A DNA stretch of 64,000 nt from Macrostomum hystrix (GCA_950097015.1 CATNEN010000038.1:25978001-26042000); one strand, 5' to 3'; shown: positions 23,249 to 36,200, counted from the stretch's first letter. A program made the numbers and translations. Notes: generated by a model not told the origin, from the letters alone.

Positions 23249-25560
23249 ATGGCACTAGTCGAGACTACGAAAGACCAGGCACAGAGCAACTACTTGAAGA
23301 ATCGTGGCAACCCAGGCCAATGGTTTCAACACAAGGCAGACTACCGGGAGCCCCAGCCAGCGCCCAGGGTGCGACCGGAGGCTCAAGAGATCGCACAAAA
23401 GTTGGTCGCTTAAAACTGGTTTTATTAAGCAGATCTTTAACTATTGTACACATTCTAGGATTCAATATTTTCCTTTTTGTCAACTTTCGAAAAATTTCAA
23501 TTTGAAGTGTCATTCCGTTTCGAAATCGCCCAGGAACAAGCCAACAGTGGCTGAGGTCTTCCACAACTACCGGCTCCCGCCGGACGAATCGCCGGCACCC
23601 GTTCGGCTACGCGATGATGACGCGAAACGCATAGCCGACAAGTTCAACAATCAGGAGGACAAGTGGTTCGACTTTCAGGGCAACTATGCGTTCAGACCGA
23701 AACCGCGACCCGTGAAAGTCTATCCCCCTTCAAACATTGAGCTGATGCAGCGGGCTAATCAGGCTCGTGAAGGTGATTGGTTCGATCACACCAAACGGCC
23801 GGAGCCGCAGCCGATGCAAGGGCCAAAGTGCACCTCCGAGGCTGGCCGTGAGATCGCTAGGGCGATGCGCTCGCAGACCGACTGGTACCGGCACGACGCC
23901 AGACCGACCACCGCTCCGTCGGCGAGGCCGTCGACGCGAACTCGCTTTGAAGGCGCCGAGTACGCTGAAAGAAATCAGCACGGCACCGGGACAGACTGGA
24001 TGATGCGCAAGGTGGATCCGGCAGAGGATGGCGTTGTTGTCTATGGCCACAGGTGCCCGACATCCAGCTCATTGGCCAATTATGAGGCCTCATCGCAGGT
24101 TAGAGCGAAAATCTGATAGGATTCTTCCAGCTAGAGGGGGGATGTTGAAAGAAGCAGAGATTCAGTGTCGTTTCTGAAAATTCTTCAAAAATTTCCAACT
24201 ATATCCATCCAGCTGTTCTAATATTCTCAAGGGCACTCAGATGCGTGAGTGTTTTAACTACTCTCGAGGCGCCAGTCATCAAGAGCCGCCAGTCGCCGCT
24301 GCGAAGGTGAAAGGCGACCTAGCCCAAGAGGTCTACCTGCGCAATACTCGCGGTCACATCGGCGTGACTTCAGCAGACTCAGCGGAGCCGATGGCCGAGG
24401 GGCCCAGGATTGTGACAAAGACGCGCCCGGAGGCTGAGGAGTTTGCTAACCGGGCCAAGGGTCAGGTGTCGGCCTGGTTTGATCAGGAGCAGAATCGGCA
24501 GTACAGCTCGCCGAGGCCGCAGCCACGAGTTCGTCCAGGTCCAGCACAGGAAGTGAGAGCCAAATTCCTACAGTTTTTCAAGGCTAAAAGTCTCTCGTGG
24601 CGAGGCCAAGTTCACTTAAGGAGAAGTTTCTTCTCGCTTAATTTTCAGTAGTAATGTACAGTGAGAAACTTCTCAAAATATATTTACCTGTGTGAGTTTT
24701 ATGACTGCGTTAAGTGTCTGTCTGCGTGTGCTCAGAGATAATCAAAATGGTGATTTAAGAAACTTAAAGAAATTGAATGATTCTCCACAATAAATATGAT
24801 ACCACCTTACGTAAGAATGTCTAGCATCCATGGTGAAGATTTTTAGTGCAGCTCATGAGCTAATAAGTTATCTTTAATAAACACACTGTACCCAACGTGG
24901 AATTGTAATTAAAAATTGACAAACAATACTGTTGGAACGAAAGCACGACTTTGAATTTAGGGTATACGCGGAACTTGCAGACATGCATATGCTTATTTGA
25001 AGAAGCAAAACTTTAGCGTTTTACGACGAAATTGGACCTAAAAACGCTTTCCAAGAAACGAGATTTTCCCGACCTGCTTCATCGTAGCTCCAGGGGTCTT
25101 TGGAAAATTATTGCTTTGCAAAAACTCATTCGTGCCAAACATCAATAACCATTTATAGGTGGCTGAGCGCAATCGTGGCGTCATGGATAGTTGCCTAGGG
25201 GACACTGACTACAGGGCGCCGCCAAAAGACCACAAAAATCACGAGAGAGCCAACAAGACCGATCTAGCGAAGGAGCTGGCCGCTCGAAGCCGCGGCGATG
25301 CAGCGAAGGCGCTTCTGGGCAGTTCCAACCTAGCCCCCGAACCGGCGCGCAAGTCCAAGGCCCTGTCCAACTGGGCAGAGGAGAACGCTGCCAGGAACCG
25401 CGGCACGGCGTCGCTGGTAATCACGGGCGCTGCGGCACCGTCGTCCGCTCGCGGATTCGCCCCCAGAGGAGTTCGGCCTGAGGCGGCCGATACAGCGCAG
25501 AAGTACCGCGGCGGCGACTTTTTCAAGACCATCCAGATGCGGCCGCCGAGTGATCGGTGA
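23249..25560 (+). CDS. Uncharacterised ~37-aa-repeat protein, paralogue B (479 aa, 4 exons)
   Basis: Exons 23249-23400 (absent from the ORF track: MALVETTKDQAQSNYLKNRG...PQPAPRVRPEAQEIAQK), 23534-24098, 24232-24552, 25159-25560; all GT-AG and phase-compatible, total 1440 nt. Confidence 0.88.
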
Positions 25561-25736
25561 ATGTTGGATAGTTTTTAGATTATATTTTCCTTTGAAAGTT
25601 ATCTGGTTTTAATTCAACTATTATAGTCCGGATGCTCCTCTTTTCAATAATTGTTACTTTATTTTCCCGTGATGCCCGCGAAAGCTGTGGACACTTTTTC
25701 AGTCCATAGACTAAGTAGAGTAACACAAATTTAAGA

Positions 25737-25975
25737 GGGTGAGTGGCAGAACGGTTAATGCGTTTGCCTCTCGCACCAAGGTCCTTGAGCTCGATTCCGC
25801 GGCGAGGCCACATTTATTTGGAACGCAGCCGCGGATTGAAGGCTAGGGGGCTTGTCGTGCAATTTACATACTTAAGAGCCAACCTCCAAGGCACAGTGAG
25901 AGTGTACACTGCCTGATGATGAGAAAGTCAGGGCAGATGTATGTGTTAGTGTGTGCCTGCATACAGTATCTGTGT
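25737..25975 (+). mobile_element. SINE family A copy (3'-truncated)
   Basis: Family A head and central hairpin. Confidence 0.8.
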
Positions 25976-26717
25976 TTGGGGCTATCCTCTTATTTTATGC
26001 ATCTCCCTCCTTTATTAAGTTTTGTGTTGTATTGACTTTTGATACTGTTTTAAACCAGATATTAAATGGATCTTTAGCTAGAAAATTTAGATTACATCAA
26101 AACATCATTAGAGCACATACTCGTACTTGCAAAAATGCTTGCAAAGTAATTGCAAAAAAACTAATTTTTTGTGAATGCGACGCTCATACATCACTACTGG
26201 ACGTTAACTGTTACTTCTAAAGACAAAAATTGGCTTATTTGCAAGCAAAATAAAATTATCACTTGTTAAAACATTTAGCTCGTAACCCGCTAATACATTG
26301 CATCCCATCTTGCAGACTTACCTGAAACATACAGGTGTGAAAATACATAGTCTTTTAGTTTATTATCTGAGACAATTGAGTTGTGAGCATTATGGTTTTA
26401 CTCATGATTTAATTTACAATTATAACTAATTGTCCATAATACTACTAAGAATTAAAACATATCTGCACGGAATTGCAGCTAGTAGGAACGTCATTTACAG
26501 AATTTTAATTTTGTGTTGCCATCCGACTATGAGATGGGTGCCGTAAACCTGAAAGCTATCATAAACATCCGATTAAGAAAGCTAGTTTTAAATCGAAATT
26601 TCAAGCAAGAAAAACAATTTATGATTAAAAGGATCTTTAAAACAAATCGTTTAGCAATTAGTGAGTATTGTTTCCGATGAAAGAAGTGCATAAGTATTGC
26701 TTATTAATTATAGCTAA

Positions 26718-28658
26718 TCAGAACTCGTATTGCGCAACAAGGTACTTCCAGGTAGATCGCCACAGAAATTCTTGAATCGATGGATCTCTGATCGCCAACG
26801 GCTGGCCCTGGGAGTCAGCTCGCACAGTCAGGAAGATGTAGTCGCTGACACCCAGAGGCATGACAGTCTTTCGATTTAACTCTCCGAAACCGTGGCCCTT
26901 CCACGTGTTGACCAGATTAAGGCCGGCTTTGCTAACCACGGCGCCAGTGAAGAAGGTTTCGCTGTCTGCCAAGAAAACTGGGCGCAGAGCTTGGCTGCAG
27001 CCGAGGATGCGAGCCAGGCTACTGGACGTTGCTAAAAATTTAGCCATTGCGCAGTGAGGCGGCAGATTTGCTCCTTGCTTGATGCCCCTCAACATTCTGC
27101 CGCGCATGAAACGAAGCGGCGGTTTGCGATCTCGCACAATTGAACAGTAGATAAACTCGGACGGTATGATCGGAGCACGGTCCAGAAAGGTGGCCAGGTG
27201 CAAAGTGTCTACAAATGTGTCGTCGTCCAGTTTGGCGACAAACTTTGCCGTCGGGCAGTAGTTTAAAGCCCAGTGCAGGCTAAGAAAATCCTTCAACAGT
27301 CGCCTGGAGGGCGTGTCCGGAAAGTTGCCCAGTACGATGTCGTGATAGTTGCGGCTCTCCTGCTCTATTGAGGTCCTCCCGCCGCTATCGTCTGGCAGTC
27401 CAATCACGAACACTAATTGGATAATGCTATCCCTGACGTTGTTCAATGAGCCGTAGGTGCTTCGGATGAGCTCTCTGCGATCACTGTGCGACCAGTGCGA
27501 GTGAACCAGAATCAGAATGTCGACCTCCGTGGCGCAGGCACTCTGCTCTGCCAGTCGATAGGCCACAGTAGCGAATATATTCATCGGAACGCCTCGAGCA
27601 GATTTGGCGCACCTCTTCTTAGATTCTTTTTCGAGCTTCTTCAACTGGGCATGAGTATCCCTGGCCTTTGAATGGAACAACAGGTTCAGTAACTGCTTGG
27701 GTTTGTTACCATATGAATACTAACTAGCGTATGAAGCGTTCCTCGTTTTTATTCTCTTTATTTCTGATGCATTGTACGAGTAAATTGAAGCCCATTATGA
27801 TTTGAAGTTTTTATTCCTAACTGAGAGTTAAGGCTCAGCTACCCGGTGCTACCACCAGCACCACCTTCACCAGCTGCCTACAAGGTATCTTCTGGGAGTC
27901 GCTGACCTACCTTTAGCTACGGCAAGTTACATTCCATTTATTTTGTACTCTGCATTTGAGTGCAAGTCCGTAATATTCAGCATAATTTTTCTCGAGCAAA
28001 CAGCTACTAAAAATGTCAAACTTTCTCGACTTGAGTGCAAAAAACGTGTAACAACCTTTCTGGAAAGATGCTTTGGCTCAACATTCATAGCCTTAATCGG
28101 AGCTTGCGTTGGTATCGATGCCTCAGCTGGCTTGTTTCCCAAACCATCTGGCTCTGCGTCTCCAACGAAGGGCTCTTCGTCAACAAAGTCATCCGACTTT
28201 GCCACTCGCTGACGACGCTTGATGGCCTTGGCCTGTCTGGCCTTGGTGAGCCCAATCCGCCGCTTCCAACCGTCGCCAGCCCCGACGGCCCGGCCGCCGA
28301 AAGCCGAGAGCTCCTGCTGCATTCGGATTAGACGCTGCCGCTGTTTAAATGCGTTCCAATCACCAGCGGACTGTCCAGACGAGTCCAGCTGGTCGTAGTC
28401 GTCTAACTCGGCCAGGGCGTCCAAGGGGTCAGGCCCGTCGCTTGCCCGTCCGTAGCGCATCGAGACGTAGACGCTGTAAAATAGGGCAGCGAATGTTAGC
28501 AGTAAAAACAGGCCAACGATGGTCAAGCAGCAGCAGATGCCGATCTTTGCAAAGTTGAGCACTAAAAAGCGGAGACATTTCACACAGCCGCGCTTCGTCA
28601 GGCCTTGCAACTGCCATAGCGCCCTAAGCGGAGTCGTGAGCAGCCGCTTCGCTCGCAT
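26718..28658 (-). CDS. GT31 beta-1,3-galactosyltransferase-like glycosyltransferase (type II membrane protein)
   Basis: Catalytic exon within 27680-26718: RRELIRSTYG, FVIGLP, ESRNYHDIVLGNFPD, LHWALNYCPTAKFVAKLDDDTFV (DxD). ORF 28715-27927 supplies a TM anchor and stem. The exact junction between them is unresolved. Confidence 0.82.
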
Positions 28659-29466
28659 ACGGACACTGCGGGCGTTCGACTCTAGAGAGAAATACTGGGC
28701 GTTGTCTATAGACACGTAGGTAGGGCAGGGTGATGCTTTTTCTGTCTTTTAAGCTGCGGCAATGTCGGAGAGGCGGGATAACGGATGAGGCTATAGGAAA
28801 AGATACCTGCTGAGTTCCCCAACAAGAAATTGAGTCTGTAGCGAGATGAGCGCGAGCTAATAGGAACACAGGTTGGCAGGGTGTACACCGCTGCAACTGA
28901 GACTGCGAGCATTGAGCAAATAATTCGGAATTATTTTACCTTTATGAACTGAGCAGGCGTGCATTTTGTTTGATGCTGCAGCTGCGGCAGGGAATCCCGT
29001 GGAATGCACGATCCGTTTGACCACTACGCAGATATATGGCTTGCATTAGGTTGCAAATATCTCAGGGCGCCTCATTTTCTAAATGCCTCTCTGTATTGTT
29101 TTATTATTTTTTCTAGGCGAACTACAGCTGTATGGGCGTTGCCTCAACGCATCAAAATTTGTAAGCAATCGGTACGAGCAAAAGCATTTGGATAGTAGCA
29201 AAACAAGACTTTTTTGTTTTTTGTTCCTAATCGGTCATTCAGAGAGTTTTGGAATCAGTGCCAGATTTTGACTTGATGGCGCCTAACCAATCAGCGATTG
29301 AGAACTGAGGAAATTTTTAACATATTACACCACGATTACGAGTTAAGAATATTTACTGCCTGAAGTTTTAACACTTGCTGAGAATGGATTCAAGTAAGTT
29401 CTATCGATATGTCCGAACTGCAGTTGACTCAGCTTTTGATATTTCACGAATTCATATTCACGATAT

Positions 29467-30489
29467 TTGATGTTTCAAAACACACAGGATTACACTTTTG
29501 CATTTGTAGTTGCAATCACACTGGCTGCAGTGCTGAGCTCGCTGACTGTCTGCCTGTGCAGGTCCGGAGACACCTGGACTCAGATGCAGGTGCAGTGCTT
29601 GACCAATGCCACCCCAGTCCACAGCAACAGAGCATTCACTGAGCGGCACTGCTCAATGCTGGCCTCTGATGCGTTACCGTCTGGAATTCTGGTTGCCCAG
29701 TTCAGAGTGGCCTCTCTCCAGTGCGATCTCTTCCGCTACCAGTCCGTGTGTCGCCAGCTTCTCTCCGGTGTGAGCAGTGACTGCCGAGTGCTCATCCGAT
29801 TCCCCATCAGCTATCCGAGCAAGCTCAGCTCGAAGCTCACAAACGTGTGGCTCGGAGACGACATGACCAGATTGGAGAATGTGCTGTGCCAGGCTGACGA
29901 ACAGACGAACCGCTTCTATCCGACCGGCGTCCAGTGGACAGAGGACGGCGCCGCGTTCGATGGGAGCAGCTCGTACTTGGCACTGAACAAGAGCGACATC
30001 GCGTTCGGCTCCGGCGTCACCGTGCTGCTGCGGATGAAGAGAACGCCTCAGGTGCAGCCACTTCTTGAGTTTCTGGACTGCGCCAACTTCGCCACCGGAC
30101 CTTTCTATCACCACATTTGGGAGTACGATGCTGCAACGAAACTTTACGTTGTTTTTAAAACTGAACAATTTAGTCCGTACATCAGAGTCATTTCTGCTGC
30201 TGAACTTCTTTCATCTAATCCAACCGACTGGATTAACATAGCCTTGACAACTGGAGGGTCGGCAAATTCGTGGGAAATATTCCTAAATGATAAATTCATA
30301 CCAAAGCCATCACTTTATGAGACGTACTTTTTTTTAGATTACAAACAATTCAATCAAACTTGCTTTCGTTTTGGGAAGAGACTCGGCCACAGCCAGTTGT
30401 TCAAAGGAGTCCTGCGGGTCATTGCTATCGGCCACGGCGGTGCCATGACTGAAAACGAGATCAAAGAGTTCTTTGCGTCAGTTGTCTAA
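29467..30489 (+). CDS. Secreted protein with C-terminal LamG/concanavalin-A-like domain (single exon)
   Basis: Hydrophobic N-terminus, Cys-rich segment, then AAFDGSSSYL..VTVLLRMK..WINIALT..IFLND..FKGVLRVIAI..MTENEI, typical of LamG_3 folds; true start codon uncertain. Confidence 0.7.
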   Translation: MMFQNTQDYTFAFVVAITLAAVLSSLTVCLCRSGDTWTQMQVQCLTNATPVHSNRAFTERHCSMLASDALPSGILVAQFRVASLQCDLFRYQSVCRQLLSGVSSDCRVLIRFPISYPSKLSSKLTNVWLGDDMTRLENVLCQADEQTNRFYPTGVQWTEDGAAFDGSSSYLALNKSDIAFGSGVTVLLRMKRTPQVQPLLEFLDCANFATGPFYHHIWEYDAATKLYVVFKTEQFSPYIRVISAAELLSSNPTDWINIALTTGGSANSWEIFLNDKFIPKPSLYETYFFLDYKQFNQTCFRFGKRLGHSQLFKGVLRVIAIGHGGAMTENEIKEFFASVV

Positions 30490-30699
30490 GCGCTAGCTGG
30501 GAATACCATGTGGATATTCTTCTGACTATTAAAATCTTTAAAAAATTGATAAAATATAACTCCTTTATCATAATAGGACACGCTTATCTACCCATTTATA
30601 ACCAACAAAGTGGAGTGTTGCTTTGTTAAGTTATTAAAAATTAAAAAAGATTTACAAACTTTAATGAGACTAGTACATGAGAGTCGAGGCAACGTTTAA

Positions 30700-31068
30700 G
30701 GGGGTCGGTGGCAGAGCGGTTAACGCTTTTGACTCTCGCACCACGGTCCATAAGTTCAATTCCACGGCGAGGCCACATTTATTTGGGGCGCAGCCGCGGA
30801 GAGAAGGCTTGAGGACTTGTCGTGCAATTTACACCCTTGTGGGCCAACCTCCAAGGCACAGTGAGAGTGTACACTGCCTGATGATGAGAAAGTCAGGGCA
30901 GATGTACACACCTGTGTGCAGAGCGTGTGCCTGCGTAAAGTATCTGTGTGCATGTGCATTCGGGAGTCAGCGAAATGGGCAGAATTGCCCCCTCGCTGGC
31001 TGCGGGTCCAGTGTCATTAAATGTTGTGCCAATGCTCGCAGCCCTCCCGCAATTATATTATTATTATT
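30700..31068 (+). mobile_element. Full-length SINE family A reference copy (~370 bp)
   Basis: A box TGGCAGAGCGG, B-box-like GTTCAATTCC, (TTA)n tail, perfect 14-bp TSD GAGGCAACGTTTAA at 30686-30699 and 31069-31082. Confidence 0.93.
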
Positions 31069-32385
31069 GAGGCAACGTTTAAATCTTTAAAGTCTAATTG
31101 TTTTGTTAAAATCTAACGCGCGAAAAAAATTTTAAGTTTAGTATAGACCATGTGAGATTATGAGCCTACTCGTAATCATTACACCCACACCGTCAATGAT
31201 TTTCTCGATATTCGTTTTTGTCTATCTATATTTGCGCATCTAAAAGCAGATTAACAAAATCAGAACTGATTCTTCCTTTCAAAAAAACTTTTTAGATAGA
31301 AGCTTTATAAATAGAATTTGTAGCCGCTACTGTGTGAGCTATGCAAGCTAAGTAAGAGATAATATTTAACGAGTGTTAATGCATGTTTCAGCTATTTATT
31401 TGCACCAAAAGTCATTCAGGCAAGCTTTTAGTCTACTAAGTTAAGAATTTTAGCAGCGACGAATGCATAATTGTCTATTTACACTGATCAATATTAACCC
31501 AGCCTAAATATCTTTATCCAAAATCCCAATTATTAAAGATTTCTTCTGACTAAAACTTCGGCATTTTTCGTGCATATAAAAAATGATTCACGTGCACGAA
31601 AGAAAATAAACATATTTATTCGAAAAAGAAAAATAGTGACACATTAGTTATTGTCAAGCGTGTGATTGACTTCTAAATTAAATTTTCTGCATTCTCGACT
31701 CTTTCTGAGCACGCTCGTATATATTTTTAGTCCACATCTTGGCCTATACTCTATAGCTCAAATTGTTGTGCTGCGCCTGTGGCATGGTGTGTGTCACTCT
31801 CTGTGTGTGCTGGCAGCCACGTGAAGAAATGCTCAGGCACCACATAGGACTATGCAAACCGCACACAGTGTGCAATCAAGTTTTGTCGTGGCGTCCCTTA
31901 AATAAACGAGAACCAATGAGTATGAGCGGAAAGTAGAGAGGGTCAGAGGGGCTAGCAGGTAAAGCTAACTCAGAATTTTGGGCGCCGCCTATGCTAAGAA
32001 TAGTCGGAATGTTAATTCTCAATTCTGTATGGTTGGCATCAGCCTAGGCTGCTCTCTTTTCTTTCTCATTAACTGACTCTCTGGAATGAACCGGTTTTAG
32101 CAAATCATTGTTCAATAAGGCTTGCTTCTGGACATAGAAAACGGTAAGCCAAAAATTCTTCACGACTTTTTGCATAAATTTACTCTTTCAAGTTAAAATA
32201 AAATATTTTTACCGATTCACAGCATCATTTTAAAGTAAGTTTTGATTTGGGTTACATTTGATTTATTGCAAAATAAACAGCTGTGACTTTCCATATCATC
32301 AGGATAGATTTTTTTAAAGAATGTAACCTTTAATGAATCACGGATTTTCAAAGTTATTCTTGACGACGGAGTAGAGTAATAAGAG

Positions 32386-32656
32386 ACCTTCAAAGTGGTA
32401 GGGGTAATTTCCAAAGTGGTAGAGGTAACTTTCAAAGTGGTAGAGGTAACTTTCAAAGTGGTAGAGGTAACTTTCAAAGTGGTAGAGGTAACTTTCAAAG
32501 TGGTAGAGGTAACTTTCAAAGTGGTAGAGGTAACTTTCAAAGTGGTAGAGGTAACTTTCAAAGTGGTAGAGGTAACTTTCAAAGTGGTAGAGGTAACTTT
32601 CAAAGTGGTAGAGGTAACTTTCAAAGTGGTAGAGGTAACTTTCAAAGTGGTAGAGG
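32386..32656. repeat. 21-bp minisatellite (TTCAAAGTGGTAGAGGTAACT)n
   Basis: ~13 near-perfect units. Confidence 0.96.
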
Positions 32657-33255
32657 CGAAATTTCGTGGTAGGCAAATTTCTAAGTGTTAGCCGACCGTC
32701 GAGGTGGTAGGAATAATCAGAATGATAGATATCTTTATATATTGGTAAAGGATCTTCCAAATACCTGGGACGTATTAAATGGAGTCTACTACCGATGAAA
32801 CAAAACACTTTTTGGGAGCTTTTTAGCTTTAAAACATATTTCGAACTGCTTCGGTGAAATTTCTGTGCTTAAGTTTTTTTAGTCTAATCTACCTAGGTTT
32901 TTTCGAAAATGTCCTTACCAAACTAACTTACCAGTGCGGAGCGTTTCATGCTGAAATACTACTGTAGATTATCTAGGCTATGCTATCTCGTATCTTAATT
33001 ATTTCTTTCACTCACGTTCATTAGGTGAGCGTCACTAGAGCTTCACTTCGAGTCATTTTTATGAGTCAATTTCTTTAATTAATCTGCGTCAGTACTAACC
33101 ACAGCATTGAAATTCACTCAATGCCAGTTGTAGGGAGGGTGAGTGTGGACACTAGGGAGAGCTGATAAAAGTGGCTCCTGAGCTACACAGCAACAAGCCT
33201 TTCAACGTTTTTACGTTTTTTTCTCATATTTCAGCTATTGAATCAAGAAATCGAC

Positions 33256-36200
33256 ATGGCCTCCTACCGCTACTCGCTGGAGCAGACAGCTACAGCTGAG
33301 ACAGAACTAGGTGAGCGAAATCATTTTCGACTACCAAGCGATTTTGCCGCCCGTTTTTGAACCAAATAGGGGGAATTTCTCCCCTCCACTAAAAATGTTT
33401 TTTGCAGCGCCCGAATGCAACACAGCGTTGGGTGGTGACTGGTTGGTTGAAAGACTAGGCGAGGGTGTCCTGTGGTTGAGCTGCGCCTAATATTTTGGCT
33501 TGATCAGTGATATTAGATCATTTCACGTCAGGTGTCCATAGTGGCCTATTTCCACCTGTTGTAGCCCTTGGAGGTCCAGCAGTCCTTCTAGATAAAAGTA
33601 GGTGACCACCGAAGTCAGAGATGATGCAAAAACATTCGGGTGACATGCTGATAAGTTTTGAAAGCCTGGCAAGGCCGCACTAAGACACAATGCAAGTTTG
33701 TTTATAGGGGTGTATGAAATACACTAGCGCTTAAGCGAGGATAGGATATAGGAAAAATCCGATATTCGGCCAGAACCATTGAATATCTCGACGGTCTGAA
33801 GAGCTGGCGACTTGATTCTTGTTTCAGAAGATGTGCAACAAAAAATTGGCCCGTGTTCTTGAGTTTTGTGTGCTAATTGCGTTGCTACGTTCGGGTGCAG
33901 CACAAAAATGTCTCTTTGGTAGAAACCCCTTGGTATAGTTGCACTGTTAAACGAGTAGTACAGGTGACTCAGCTTTTCCGAGTTCTCTGCTTTATGCCTC
34001 CTCTTAGGAGTCAATAGTATTAATGTATTCGGATTAAAACTATTGAATGAGCATGGTGCTAGCTAGAATGCTAGAACTCAATATTTTACGAACAAGTTGA
34101 CGACGCACACGTGTTTTCTAGCGCCGACAACATTTATTCTTAGACGGATGTCTGTCTACCTACCCGGAGCTGTAAACATTGAAGCAAATAAATTTACTGC
34201 CTACGCCGGTTTTTTCTACAACAGAGAAATATCAAGTATTTGATTGGCTGTGGCCGCAGGCACAAGTCCTGTTTTATAGTCTTATCAACTTCCATATAGG
34301 GCAACTAAAAAACGACTTTGATACTAGCAGCTTTATCTAATTCCCACTCCAAATAGTTAGTATGTGTCCACTAGTCACTAGACAAACGTAACCAGAAATT
34401 TGAAGGAACAGCAAAAAGCACAAATATTTCTTATCAGTGTCTCACAGCCAGTACCAGAGTAAAGCGGAAAAAGTAATCATAAATTGAACTTTGCCCAGGT
34501 AATTTTGCAAAGCGTAGACGACCTTTTTGCTAGCTCTTGGTAATTTTTTTGTGAAGAGTTTAAGAGAGTTTGCGTAGTTCGTGCAAATAAGCCAAAGCCC
34601 TTTGACACCAGTACTTGGTGTTTGTATGTACTGTACTTGGCGCCAGTACATAAACCAAACCCCTCTTTGACACCTTTGGCGCCAGTACATAAACCAAACC
34701 CCTCTTTGACACCTCTCCGAGCCAACAAAATGAACTTATACCCGTTACACAATGTATTCTTGCAAACGCAAAGTACCCTATAGTACTCAGTTCGGCAGCA
34801 AGAATCTTTTTTCTTGTGAAATAGCCCAGCGCGCTTCATTCACGTACAAGTAGAGCATTGTGAACTTTGCGGTCATTATTTGCCCGCTAAAATCTAGATG
34901 AGCTGAGGCAAATCAAATGATAAACATTTTATGCTATGTTGCAATAGTATGTGTACCTTATGGGCGCGGCGCACAGAATGATCACGCATAGTGCCGAGGC
35001 TTACAAAACCCTTCCCTAAAAAAATCCCATGGCTTGAAGCCTGGGTTCCTAACCCACTGAACTTCCTCAAAGCCTGATCCCTTTCTAGCTTAGCCTCTAA
35101 GCATAGGCGACGAGTTTTGAAAAAAATGCACTCATAGCGGCGGGTTGGAAAATATATGCTCAGCTTTTGAGACGGACCGCGCGCACCGGGTAGGGGTCTC
35201 AAAATGAGAGACAACCCCCTCCCTATGCCAGTGAGCAGCCAATCTATTAAATCTCAAAACAGTCCCGCAGCAGATCGAACTCGAATAAGTGTACCCGTCC
35301 ACTGCTTTTCTCCAGCTACTAGACGACTACGGAGCTGTAAAATCTCAGAAAATAATTGGCGTCTATTGCAACAATATTATGAGTTCCATAAACTAATATT
35401 ACTATAGCAGGACATGCCAAAGACTTTTAATATCAGTTCCGGGCTACCGCGTAAGTTACATCCGGTACATTCTACTCGTAACTATCAATTTAGTCTGAGA
35501 AGCATTTTCGAAAGCCTTCGAAAACACTTTGAACTGCCCGTGCTATTTTGAGGTCAATTTAATTTATACACCTGACATTCTGTAGTAGGGCAATGTACTT
35601 TACACACCTGACATTCTGTAGTAGGGCAATGTACTTTACACACCTGACATTCTGTAGTAGGGCAATGTACTTTACACACCTGACATTCGGCAGTACGGCA
35701 ATGCACTTTACACACCTGACATTCTGTAGTAGGGCAATTTACAATTAAAATATCTGAAATTTATTAGGTTAATGTCCAATTCTCAGATGATATTCATACA
35801 GCTAGCGGTTTCCACCATTATTTCATACAGCAGAAAAGGAGGCAGCCGCTGCGGCAGCCGAGATTAAAATCGCCGCGGAGCCGGTGGACAATGAGAATGA
35901 GATCCAGTGCGATTGGATCTGCTGCAAGCCGAAGTTCTGCCAGTGGTTTGCCAGGCCGTCTTGTCTGCTAATCTGGCTCAGCGTCATCTCGTATGCTCAG
36001 GTGAGAAGTCATTTTTTCTATTCTACTCCTTATTCTGTTGTCATTTTTTCCTATTTTGCTTAAACTTTATTCCGTATCATTGGTGGTTGTAGCCTAGTGG
36101 TTAGAGCGCCGGAATCATGAATTGTAGGTGTAGAAAAAAAATTTTCTTATTATATCATTCAATAATGCTCAACAACAATTCAATTCTATTCGCCATGAAC

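Noticed and set aside
23304-23533. N-terminus of ORF 23304..24116 as listed
   Set aside because: Wrong frame, then intron; the real exon 1 is 23249-23400 in another frame and carries the family repeat.
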